From Camelus ferus (lineage: Eukaryota), in contig NC_045697.1 of assembly GCF_009834535.1 (NCBI RefSeq), positions 42,286,001-42,350,000 of the forward strand: a stretch of DNA of 64,000 bases. The letters run 5' to 3'. The position numbers were made by a program, and so were the translations under genes. Shown piece by piece: positions 24,242 through 36,469 of this stretch. Within the stretch, counting starts at the first letter, position 1. Each line of letters starts with the position of its first letter. The notes below the pieces were generated by a model that had not been told where the DNA came from, made no database searches, and saw nothing but the letters and a program-made list of their open reading frames with translations.

Positions 24242-25896
24242 ACACACAACCCATTCCTCTTTATTAATGAAAAAGGCACAGCAGAAGTGTCTTAGTAAGA
24301 GTGTAAGACTATATAAAAGTGCAAGAAGTTCCCTGAACAGAAGGAATTCTTTTATTTTTTTATGTCTCGGTTCATGTTCCAGAATAAAATGGGAGCAGGG
24401 AATTCCATCCATTAATGTGTGGCAAGAGTTTCCTCAATCAATGTTTAATGAACCACAATTACACTTCATCTCAAGTACGCTTCTATGAAAGGATGGCTTT
24501 TCTTCAAAATAATAAATCACATCATCACATCATCATTATACCATTTTCTTAGATTCATCTACGTTTTAAAGATGGGATTTACCATAGTGATGTTGAGAAA
24601 TACTTTTTGGAAAACCATCTGTCTGTGAACATCTGAATAAGGGATCAAGGGAGGAAAATCACATTCAAAGGCACTGATCCTGCTTCTGGGAGGCTAAGAC
24701 AAATAAAGCTCTCTAGAATACTGGCTTTCCATGTTCTATGGCCTCAGAATATTCTCCTTAGTCAACACTTCTGCAAATTTGGACTACATAATTAGTGCAT
24801 TTTCCCATTTTTATTATGCATGACCTAATCAGCTAAATATGCAATAAGATATTCCCAACATTCATATAATTGGAGCTTGTCATCCATATGAGGTCATTTG
24901 TGTTACCACAAGGAATTAATGTATCTTCAGCCAAAGATAAATAATCTTTTAGTTAGCCTGTGCAGTCTTATAATAGGAACATATGTCATGTCAGATAAAC
25001 ATTTTAAATTATAAATAGCTGTTCTATGCACAATGTTATTTTTAAGGTTACCTATAGACCAAGGGCTGTAGTTTGGAGACCAGTGATTTAGGGACAGGCA
25101 CTAATAAATTGCCAGAACTTGATAAGTTAATAAGAGTTGCTTAAATAGTTGATGTCTACTAAATATTTTTTGGTTTCAGGTCTGAATACTTACACCATGA
25201 CTAAAGCAAGACTGGCTTATCGTATAGGAAAAAAAGATAAAAATACGGAGAAAGAGAAAGAGATAGATTGGTGAGTAAAGAGAAATGCAGAATGTATCAA
25301 AGAAGTTGGGCCCCTACATTGGGGATGATCCTATCTCTAGATGAGAAGCCATGGTTAATGGGGAAATGGAAGGGGCTGAGAAGGGGCATGCTAGAAAACC
25401 ATTCCACTACCAAAGGAAAAAACTTTGTTCAAATAGGATTCACTTGGCAAAATTTCACACTAATTTACTCTATTTCTTAAATATTGTTTTTCCAACATGT
25501 GAAAGAAATAGGGAATTGAAACAGTGATATTTTCAAAGCAATATTTTTCTTTACAATAGTTCTTGAATTCTCAAAGGACCTTGCATTCAGTATGAACTTT
25601 GATTAGATCATGTAACCATTCTACCTAGAACAGATGTATCACCATGAAGTAAAATCAATGTTACCACGTGTGCCTATCCAAACAGCCTTATCTCTTGTAC
25701 TCAATTTTACCTTGTCTTTTAAGATAAGAAAGAGCAGAAAAATTCAGCTACAGGAGTGAAAGACCTTGTCAGAAGAAATCTGGGAGCAAAATGATTGATG
25801 CCTTGAGGAAGCAACACCATGCACAGAAACATGTCACACACATAATTGCTGACTGTGTTCAGGAAGGCTACTCAATACTAAACTTTTATAGTAAAG

Positions 25897-26930
25897 TCAG
25901 ATTTTATTATTTCTATTTGTAATGATATTTTCACACCAAATCTCACAGCCCTTTGCTACAAGGGATTCAAAAGCATCCTCAAGAATGGTTTCAACACAAC
26001 TGGGATTTTCTAACACTTGACGCTCTGGGATCAGGAATGGTGGCTGGAAGTAAGAAAACTAGACATTCGTGTAAGAGCTGTAAGATGAAGCAATACCAGC
26101 TTAGAGCAGGCAGAATCAAGGGTACAAGATAAGGTCATAATAAATCCCCTTCATGTGCAACTTGGTATGTTCATGACCAGCAAATCCTGAAGTCTAAAGT
26201 AGAACATTTGTAACAGACATCTCCTCACAGTGATAGCAATTATCACACCTTTCCGATCCCCATATAGCCACTGCTTTATAGCACTCGGATACAATGTGAC
26301 TTAATAGGAGAAGCAATGTATTCAAAAAACCTCTAACTACAGAACAGTCCATTTAATTAGGAGGAATGAACAATTAACTCCTTGATCAGGCTCATTAGAG
26401 GATCTGATCACATATATGCCTTATAAATTCAAGTTCCTAGGGTGGGCATGGCACTGGGATTTTCCTAAGGTTTTTTTGTTGTTCTTCTTCTTACTGAAAT
26501 GCATTATGTGCCACACAGGTGCCTAAAATGGATAAGAGGTACCCAGATTACTTGCATACCCATATCTCCACTAGATATTATGGTTTGACTCAGACAGTAC
26601 AAGGAATCTATCAGTTGAAGACGTCCAGATTCACAAGGGAGTTAGTTGTCCCAGCTTTTCCAAGACCTCTAGGACAACAATAATTCTGGACTTGAGGACA
26701 GAAGTACCGCATCAGAAATACACCTATCAACAGTCCACTGCCCATTTTTATAGCATTTCAGTTTCCACTGATGCATCCTAGTCTAACACTTACTGATTTA
26801 TTGCTAACTAATGCTTTTTCTGACAGTTTCATACTGACCTTTTTATTCAAATCTGCCATATTACTATGCTAAATGTGATGTGCTTAATGACACAGCAAAA
26901 CCACCTTGAAATCTGTATTTCCTCAGTTCA
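25897..26930 (-). pseudogene. Candidate endogenous bornavirus-like L element (EBLL), C-terminal part of the RNA-dependent RNA polymerase
   Basis: Colinear blocks versus Borna disease virus L as I recall it: [10 protein letters not shown] / [11 protein letters not shown] (26925-26893); NKSVSVR / AKSVGVK (26802-26782); [14 protein letters not shown] / [16 protein letters not shown] (26693-26652); TIISSGD / [18 protein letters not shown] / [12 protein letters not shown] (26453-26425); PSCVETILEDAFESL / PSAARLRDEDCQGSL (within 26007-25948). Stop at 25899-25897. Many stops and frameshifts. Confidence 0.75.
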
Positions 26931-26939
26931 ACTCTTTTA

Positions 26940-27142
26940 CCACATTCCAGTCCGATATAACCATTGCTTTACAGCACTTATATACAATGTGGTTTAATAA
27001 GAGAAGCAACTTATTCAGTATCAGTCTCCACCTACACAATAGCTAACATATGTAGGAGAAATGAATTAACACATTCAGAGATGTTTACCTGTCCAGGCTT
27101 GTTGGAAATATAATCATGTAAGTGCCTTATAAATTCAAGTTC
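26940..27142 (-). repeat. Diverged second copy of EBLL segment 26245-26436
   Basis: Translates as ELEFIRHLHDYI...LNKLLLLLNHIVYKCCKAMVI versus ELEFIRHICDQI...NTLLLLLSHIVSECYKAVAI. By hand count, 52/63 nt are identical in the core (26262-26324 vs 26955-27017). Confidence 0.85.
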
Positions 27143-27429
27143 ACTACTTTAAATTGTAACTCTTTTTCAGTTTCACAATGTATGTGATTTTATGAAGTTA
27201 AAAATTAATAATTCAAGCAACTTGAATTTGATGTGATATTTTGTTTTAAAGATATGCATCATCAGTTTTACTGAAGCAATTTTTGAGCAAATATGTTTTC
27301 ACTTCCCTTTTCATTCTTTATTCTTCTAAGTTTCCAGGTATGTGTAAAAGAACCAAGACAATGTAGATCATCATATTGTATTTTTTCTTTGGCCTTTTTA
27401 TTATTTGTTTTTTGAAGGGGAACTTTCGT

Positions 27430-29046
27430 CTTATTATTGAAGTATAATTGACTTACAATACTATATTAGTTTCAGGTGTACAGCATAGTGATTCAATATT
27501 TTTATACATTATGAAATGATTACCATGATGTCTAGTTAACATCTGCCACTATACAAAGTTATTACAATATTACTGGCTTTATTTCCAATGTTGTACAATA
27601 CATCTCCCATTATTTACTCACTGTATATCTGGAAATTTATACCCCTTAATCCTTTTCATGTTTTTCTCCCAATCCCCCTTACCCTAAACCTCCACAAACC
27701 ACCAGTTTGTTCTCAGTAACTATAAATCTGTTTGTGTTTTGTTTTGTTAGTTCATTTGTTTTGTTTGTTCACTTGTTTTGTTTTTCAGACTCCACATATA
27801 AGTGATATCATATGGTGTCTGTCTTTCTCTGTTTGATTTATTTCACTTAGCATAATACCCTCTAGGTCCATTCATGTTGTTGCAAATGGCAAAATTTCAT
27901 TTTTTTAATAATTGAGTATTATTCCATTGTACATGTATACATCTTCTTTATCCATTCCCTTAACAATGGACATTTATGTTGCTTTCATATCTTGGCTATT
28001 TAAAAAATGCTACAGTGAACATTGGAGTGAATATACTTTTTCAAATTAGTGTTTTCTATTTCTTCAGACAAATATGTGGAAGTGGAACTGCTGGATCATA
28101 TGATAGTCCAATTTTTAATTTTTTGAGGAATCTCCATACTGTTTTCCATAGTGGCTACACCAATTTATATTCCCACCGACAGTGCACAAGGGTTAAAATG
28201 TCTATATCACCCAAAGCAATATAAAGATTTGATTAAATTCATATCAAAATACCTGTGGCATTTTTCACAGAACTAGAACAAACAGTCCTAAAATTTGTAT
28301 GGAACCACAAAAGGCCATGAATAGTCAAAACAATCTTAAAAAAGAAGAATACAAACAAAACATAAAGACAAAACAGAAACAGACTCATAGACATAGAATA
28401 CAAACTTGTGGTTGCCAAGGGGGTGGGGGGTTCGAAGGGATAGATTGGGATTTCAAAATGTAGAACAGATAAACAAATTTATACTGTATAGCACAGGGAA
28501 ATATATACAAGATCTTATGGTAGCTTACAGAGAAAAAAAATGTGACAATGAATATATATATATGTTCATGTATAACTGAAAAACTGTGCTCTACACTGGA
28601 ATTTGACACAACATTGTAAAATGATTATAAATCAATAAAAAATGTTAAAAAAAAAAAAAAGAAGAAGAAGAAGAAGAAAGCTGGAGGTATCATACGTCCT
28701 GGTTTCAAACTACACTACAAAGCTACAATAATCAGAACAGTATGGTACTGACACAAAAACAGACATACAGATTAAGAGAACAAAATAGATAGCCTAGAAA
28801 TAAACCTACATTTATATGGTCAACTAATCTACCATAGAGTAGGCAAGAATATACAATTGGAAAACAATCATCTCTTCAATAAATGATGTTGGGAACACTG
28901 GACAGCTACATGGGAAAAAAATGAAACCATATCACTTTTTTTACATGTATACAAAAATAAACTCAAAATGGATTAAACACTTAAATGTGAGACGTGAAAC
29001 CATAAAACTCTAAGAAGAAAACACAGGCATTATGCTCTTTGACATC
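27430..29046 (-). mobile_element. L1 3' end (27430-28194, minus) with an inverted ORF2 segment (28195-29046, plus)
   Basis: attgaagtataattgacttacaat is the L1 3' end antisense. The strand flips at cagtgcacaagggtt|aaaatgtctatatcacccaaagc. Confidence 0.85.
28350..28665 (+). mobile_element. Young L1 3' end nested in the older L1
   Basis: Same 3' UTR as 5280-5527, with a poly-A tail. aaaaagaagaa occurs on both sides. Confidence 0.85.
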
Positions 29047-29359
29047 TTATATATGACTAGTTGTTTATATGATATTTTTATTAAAAATTTGAAAGCTAAC
29101 ATTTCAAAAATGTCAGGAACACAATTCATAATTTCAGAATATATACTTCTTTAAGCACAGTATTTCACTATTTTTATAAAGTAAATAAAGTAATACATGC
29201 ACAGGAGAAAGTAAAACTATAACAGCATACAAATCTAGTCTCCCCACCTAAATCCCCTTCTCTGAGTCCCATTCTTTAGAAGTTCTCATTTTGGTTTTTA
29301 GCTCTTCTGGTGGTCTTACCATAAGACTAAATGAAATGTATATATCTCTATTTCTTGGT

Positions 29360-29862
29360 ATATCAGTTGGGGTTCTTGAGAGAAACATATCCAACAGACT
29401 GACTGAATGGATAGACAGATAAATAGAGCTTTATTATAAGGAATTAGCTCACATGATTATGGACTCTAACAAGTTCCAAAGGTCTGTAAGTCAACAAGTG
29501 ATAGTTTAGTTTTAATCTAAAGTCTGGCAGGCACAAGAAGTAGGATGAGCTGATGTCTCAGTTAGAGTCCAAAGGCAAAACAAACAAACAAACAAACAAA
29601 CAAACAAAAAACACCACAATGCCTTGTTTCAAAGACAGCCAGGCACTCAAGAGAGGTGTCAGCCTTTTTGTTCTAGACAGGCCTTCAACTGACTGGATGA
29701 GGCCCACCTACATTAGAGAGGGCAATCCATTTTATTCCACCAAACAATTTAAGTGTTAATCACACCCAAAGACATCCTCACAGAAACACAAAGAATGATG
29801 TTTGATCAAATTTCTAGGCACTCCATTGCCAGTCAAGCTGACACATAAAATTAACTATCACA
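29360..29862 (-). mobile_element. ERVL LTR (MLT2-like)
   Basis: tattataaggaattagctcacatgattatgg...ggccttcaactgactggatgaggcccacc...gctgacacataaaattaactatcaca. Confidence 0.85.
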
Positions 29863-29869
29863 TTTGGTT

Positions 29870-31950
29870 TAGCAACTTTATCCATGTGCTTTCTTTATGA
29901 TTGGGGATGATACCAATTGCCTTTACTAAGAACTAGTTCCCATTATTCCTATTTTCCTTTCTCCTCCCCCTACTCCTCATGGCTTAGGTGTATTGGTTAT
30001 ATTTTTAATTTTTAGTTTTTCCACCTATTACACCTAGAAAGTTACATACTTAAATTTTTTCTTGCTCTTTCAACTTTAGCTACTATGTCTTAACAACTTA
30101 CTAAATACGACTCTACGCTAATCCTCTCTTCATCTCCTGATAGCTGTCAGCTTCATCATCACGCATATATTGTCAAGGTTTACAAGCTTTACATCCCATT
30201 CTGTAAACATAATTAAAATTTCAGTGTTTCATTTGTAAAATTAGAACCTAAGAAACAGTATTTACAACATGATAATTATGTAATTACTATTAATTCTAAA
30301 ACTAATTAATTGAATAGACCCATAAAGAAAGTGCACTAAACCCTTGCTGCTAGTAGAATGTTGCACACATCAAGATCAAATGAATTCTCTCTCCCCTTAC
30401 TCCTCCAAGTGCTCAAAATCACTCACAGTTTTTATTTGCAACATATTTGGAACCATGACTTTCTTGCATATTTGCTTCTTTTATTTGACTTTCAATTTGC
30501 TCCTCTTCTCTTTTGCAAGAGGTATTTTTATTCACTGTATTATTAAGAACTTCCAATTTTTCAATCATATTGTCGATAGAACAGATTGTATCTTATCCTT
30601 CTAAAACATGGCCTTAAAGGAGCCTCTGCCTTCCTCTTCTAATTTGGACTGATTACTTTCTACAACTGCTGTACATCTCTCATCCTGGGATTTCTTTTTA
30701 TTATTCTCCTGGCTAGTTCTTCTGTTTCCTAGCAAATACTCTTCTCTTTTCTTGGATTTATTTTTAATCTCTTGCTCCTGGAATAATACTCAAATGGTTC
30801 CTCCCTTCCCGACCCCTGAGAAAGATTAGTGGTAGAAAGACTATCTGAATCCCTGCAGACTGTAAAACAGAATTCTATGTGCAAAATCACATTTCATCAG
30901 AACTCTCAGTACATTAGCAATTGAAAAGAAAGAAATCTAGTATAAATCTGATTGTCATATCTTTGTATATATATTTTCTAATTTCTGAAAGTTATAAGAA
31001 TTTTTTATTCCCTGTTGTTGAGAAATCCCTCAAAAATATACCTAAGTGTGTTTCTTAAAATAAATTCAATCTGATTAACTTCAGAAGACACTTTCAAATT
31101 GAAGACACATTTCTTTCTTCAGATCTAAGAAATGTCCTCATATTTCTTATTTTTATTATTCTCTTTCTTTTTTTAGATGCATATTAGACTTTCTGGAGCA
31201 GTAACTGTTGTCTGTTAAATCTACCATTATATTTTCCATTTATTCCTTACCCTCTGAAGAATTCATTGATTTTATTTTCCAGAGTTTCTACTGAATTTTT
31301 CTTTATTTTACCAATCACATTTTTTAAATTTCCAAGAACACTTGTTAATATCTAATGATCATTTCTCATAAAAGCTGGTTTTATTTTATGGATGCATTGC
31401 CTTCACAGATTTCTCTAAGGATATAAATTACAATTCATGAAGTTTTTTTTAACTTTTTTTATTGATTTATAATCATTTTACAATGTTGTGTCAAATTCCA
31501 GTGTAGAGCACAATTTTTCAATTATACATGAACATATATATATTGTCATATTCCTTTCTCTGTGAGCTACCATAGGATCTTGTATATATTTCCCTGTGCT
31601 ATACAGTATAATCTTATTTATCTATTCTACAATTTTGAAATCCCAGTCTATCTCTTCCCACCCACCACCCCCCTGGCAACCACAAGTCTGTATTCTGTGT
31701 CTATGAGTCTATTTCTGTTCTGTATTTACAATTCATGAAGTATTTTGTTTGTTTGGTTGGTTGGTTGGCTGGTTGGTTGGTTGGTTTTCAGCTCCTTGCA
31801 TTTCCTCTGTTTTTTTCTGGTTTCATTTTTCTGTTTTTTCATCTTGGTCATACTCTTTTGTGTTGTTTACATTTCTTAAATATTTAGTGAAACTTAGGTA
31901 TTGGTTCACATGTTAAAATGAAACACTACATTGGCTTAATAAAGGTAAAT
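29870..31950 (-). mobile_element. Highly decayed HAL1/L1ME-like sequence
   Basis: T-rich antisense ORF1-like text (aatctgattgtcatatctttgtat...ttcaaattgaagacacatttctttcttcagatctaagaaat). Confidence 0.5.
31444..31725 (-). mobile_element. Young L1 3' end with a perfect 16-bp TSD
   Basis: TTACAATTCATGAAGT at 31428-31443 and 31726-31741. Same 3' UTR as 28350-28665. Confidence 0.92.
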
Positions 31951-33444
31951 AGCTTGAAGTCCTTCTGCTTCTGTGCAAATTTATTTTCCCAAACATACTT
32001 CCCCCATCAATGGAAAGTTGACTATAACCTCTAATTTGTGATATGACAACTGGAGAATTCATTTCATGAACTAAGATTTGGAAGTAGACATATTGACAAG
32101 GGCTCACCAAAAATGTGAAAATAGAGAAAATTTTACTCTCATGACAGCAACTTCAACACTTGGAGCATTGGCTCTACCAAGGTAGATCACTGGATCTCTT
32201 TTGAAAGCAGTCTTTTTCAGGGGATAAACTTTGTTCCTCGCAACTTCACACTATGTAAAACTAAAGCATAGAATATATGACATCTATAAGGCTCTTATTC
32301 ATTTAGAGTACTATGTATGTTGTTATGACTACAAATACGTCTTTCTTTTCTTTCTCTTTTAAAGGTTCCCCCTTCCTTGGATATACACACAAAGCCCATA
32401 AATTCTAACTGGTGCATGCACATACAAGTACATCAAGGGCTTTAATAGTCAATTCAAAAGAACAGAATTTCATAATCTCGTTTCCCACAAATTTATGTCT
32501 GCCAAGAGTGCAACTCCTGACTTGTATGCTGTGCAACTAGTCAAAAGAATTGCAAGCCCTAAACCCTCAAATATCCTTGGCAAGGAAAGAAATAAATACA
32601 CATGCGTGTGCACACATGTGTGCGTGCACACACAAACACACACACACAAATAGGAAGCTGAAGGAGCTTAAAGGACCCCAAGAAGGAAAGAATTTAAAAC
32701 CAAATTATGAAAAAAGTACACAATCTAGTCCATAATTTTGTCTTATACCTAGAACAATATCATAAAACTGCTTCCTTGTTGACATGAAAACAGTGAGTTA
32801 TTTAGTCATTTTATTAGTTTTCATTATTGTTGTATCACCTCTTGGCTATAATCATCTCTCCATTCCACTTAATTTACCTGTCACTTTAGATATCACCGTA
32901 GAGCTACAAAGCTGGCTAAAATTAGCATGAGTTTCAAGCATTTTTAATTATGAAACCTGACAAATCTACACTGTTAGTCTCTCCAGAGAACTACTCAGTG
33001 TTGCTGAAATGAGCGGGTACAGCTTGACTGCAGGAGCAGCAAGGACAAGCACTATCTGCCATGTGCATGAGCCTGCAGTGGGATTCCTTTGAAGATGACT
33101 CTAGAAGTCATCTGACATTTCCCTAATGTCACTGTCTCAGCCCTCAGTGAACTTTCCAGGGCAGCCTGTCACCACCTGCCTCAGTCTTAGCTGAGTAAGA
33201 AATGTAAGAAAGGAAAAGGAAATGATATTCCAAGTATAGATTTTCCCTCTCAGTGCTTGAAAGATGAGGCATGCAGCAATTTCTCTCAGCCCTGAAAGTC
33301 CGTGTGTCTATATTGAAAAGTTCTAGGTCAAAACCAAGTGTTTGTTAGCTGGGAAAAAAAGTAAAGGACAGTAATAAATGAAACAATTCCATGTTATACA
33401 CAATAAACATCTTCAAACCTGAGTCATAATCATAATCATTTCTG

Positions 33445-33570
33445 CCCATTCATTAGACATGTGTTTTATTTAACACCTATTATTTGTCAAGCACTAAGGA
33501 AGACACTAAGTGGGGAATATAAAGGTATTTAATATTCTGTCCCTACTCTCAAAAGTTTATAATAAATAAG
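33445..33570 (-). mobile_element. L2 3' fragment
   Basis: tatttaacacctattatttgtcaagcacta...gtccctactctcaaaagtttataat. Confidence 0.55.
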
Positions 33571-34649
33571 AGTTATTTTTAAAAATCATTACTACCCATA
33601 AATAGGGGCTGAATATGATAAGTATCGCACGTGAGAAGTGCAATGTATAAAGACTGCTTATTTCCAAACGTTTGGCATAGAATTCCTAGACAAGTGGGAA
33701 TAATGGGAGTGCAGAAGCAGATGAAGCCTGGAAAGAGGAGAAGTCTAGCTCTAATTAGGAGTAATTAATGGCAGCAGAGGAAGGATAAACTTCTGGGGCA
33801 TAATTAGGTAGTGCAAGGGCAAGGGACAATTAACAGTATTAAAGATTCAACTAAATGCTAGGGGTTATGTGCGTTACTCCCCTAGACAGGAATCCTAACT
33901 GCTGAAGTCAAGTAGAGGTGCAGTAGGTGAAAGCACTTGCTATGATTAAGTACTGACCCAGGAGTTTGGTCTAAATGGGAAAAGAAAGAGCAGGGAAAAA
34001 AGACAGTCTCACTACTTACGTACTGAGACCAAATAGAAACTTAGGGAGTTGCTGAAAGAAGAGTTGATACAACAGGGCACCAAAGGAGCAACAGATGAAA
34101 TTGGGCATGTGCAGAGAAAGCTCCAGACAACAGGCTGGCTGCTATATCTGGTTTTGGGGGGGCAGTCGTTACAGAATGATGTCTTGGAAGTACATGGCCT
34201 CTCCACACTTAAACCAACGGAGACATCTATTTCTGTGGTCTGTTGGATCTTAAGGATGAAAGCTCTAAAAGTACTCCTCTGTCATCCTCTCATTTGCTGG
34301 AAGAAGGGAAAGGAGCCTGCAGACAACTTAGGGGACATTCAGAATAGCTTGAATGGGGATAGCCTAGGGAAAAGACAAGGCCTGATTGTGTGAGTGCAGA
34401 GAAGGGAGAAATTACTTCCAACTGTGAGAATCCATGAAGGGTGTGGGTTCAGGGGGTATGTGAGATGGGCTTCAAACCTTGAGTTGGATGTCGGCAGATG
34501 GAAATAAAAATGTCAGCAGGTGAACATGGGCATATTTCAGGAACAATGAGGGGTCTGGTTTGACTCCTGCAGAGACTATATTTGGGAACGTGGAAGGAGA
34601 TGGAACGTGGAAAGGCAGATTACTATGAAAAATATTTCCTTCCCTTCCG

Positions 34650-34830
34650 CTTATTGAGAACTTCTGAAGTGCTAAACACTTACATACATTTGCTCATTTA
34701 CTCTTTCCCAACAAAAATATGAAGCTGGTGTGATTGTGTTCATTTTGCAGAAGTATAAACTGAATCTCAGAGAAACTAGGTAGCTCGCCCCAGGTTATTC
34801 ACCTAGTAAGGACTCAGCTCAGAAATAAAT
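34650..34830 (-). mobile_element. MIR fragment
   Basis: cattttgcagaagtataaactgaatctcagagaaactaggtagctcgcccaggttattcacctagtaag. Confidence 0.65.
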
Positions 34831-36469
34831 TGGAAAAGTGTCTGAAATTTATTGCAACCATCCAAGAAAGAGATCATCAAGGAGGTCTTATTAATACTAC
34901 AGAGATGCAAATATGAAAGGTTTATCTGAGAGACTTGGCAGAGGTAGAATGGGTAGGACTTGGTGACTTACTCAATGAAGGAATTGAGAAGAGAAGCAAA
35001 AGAAGATAAAAGAAAAAAAATAACTACACAAGACCAGCATTATCAATTCATACCAAACTGTGTGTTTATACACACTCAACACATGAATCTGCAAATAAAT
35101 ACAATCTACACAGTGCCAACTAATAAGGAAAAATAGAAACCTAGTCTTTATAGAAGCAGAATCTGTTTCCCGTGGATTCAGCTTTACCATATATTGTCTT
35201 TGGAACTAAATACATACATTGAAAGTCTTAGTCTGTAACACAGATGGAAGTTACGGCCCCACCACTAACAATACTGTAGACCAGATTCTCACCCATCTAT
35301 GCAGTAAAGTAGGGAATTTCTTCTTAAAGAAATCTACAATTGAAAAGTTTTCTTCTATGTTTTTATTTGTATTGCTTCTATAAAATGAAAAGTAAATAAA
35401 ATGAACTATTATATCACAGCTATAATCTCAGTCACTGTAGCCTGGTGAGCAGGGGCATCAAAGGAGGGTAGCAACCATCGTCTATTTGCCACATAAATTC
35501 AATACCAAAGAAGTTTGAGAGCTTGAAATTTTGAAGAGATACTGGATATACACAAAGTATTTGCAAAATGAACTCATAAACAAATTAGCAATTTAAGAAC
35601 TTTGACCATATGGTCATTGACATAACCAAATGTGCCATGCTTTATGGCAGTTATCTGAAACTCTGAACTAAGAACACAATAACAATACACACATGTGTAT
35701 GACAGGAAGATTATGTTTATCCATATGCTTATCTGTGTTTTGTAAGTAGAGGAGCAGCTACCAAAATGTTATGATTTGCTGAATCCTGGAAAGTCAAGGG
35801 ATTTAAACAGCTCCCCTACTGGCCTGTTAACCACCAATGATTTCTTCCTTAAGGGCTTTCTTGTTTACTTTCTTTATATTTAATGACAGACTCATTTAAA
35901 AATAATTTCAATAAAGTGATTGTTTATTGTCCTAGAAGTTCAGAAGTAAATAATCAAGGCACTATGATAGAGTACAGAAACACCCTAGTTGTGAGTGGTA
36001 TGAGACTAGTTAGTTATGAGTATTCTGTGGCTCTCTCTCTGAAGGAAAGGCTTCTGAGCTAAGATTTAAAAAATAAGATGGAGGTCGCCCTATGATGAGA
36101 TGAGAGGAAAGTGCCCTGGGCAAAAAGGAACATCGGGCTCAACATCTGGAAGAACAGAAGAAGGCCTTGAACACAGAGTGTTTAGAGGAGGTCATGGAGC
36201 CAGGAATGGAATGGACATTCTGGCATATGTCACGGAGGGCCTACATGGTCAGTAATTATGCCTTTTGCCTTGCTTGAACATCAACATGCAGCCTTGTCTT
36301 TAGGCCACAACATTTCCCCAAGTCTTTTTTCTTGCTTTCAAACTCTTGCTGTTGACTCCAGTGCCTCTTCTCAGTGTCTGAATCTTACCAGATCTCCCAG
36401 TTTGATCCAATGCTTCATTCCTGTGCTGAATTACTAATGGTCAATTCAGTATCACCACCTCCTTCTTTT

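Noticed and set aside
24074..24412. 112-aa ORF, and a possible intact tRNA-Lys gene
   Set aside because: The ORF is a chance read-through of the tRNA fragment. The tRNA lacks its 3' half and B box, so it cannot be a functional gene.
25960..26132. Plus-strand reading with CKSCK suggesting a Gypsy integrase zinc finger
   Set aside because: No HHCC histidines or DDE core. The minus-strand bornavirus L reading explains the region better.
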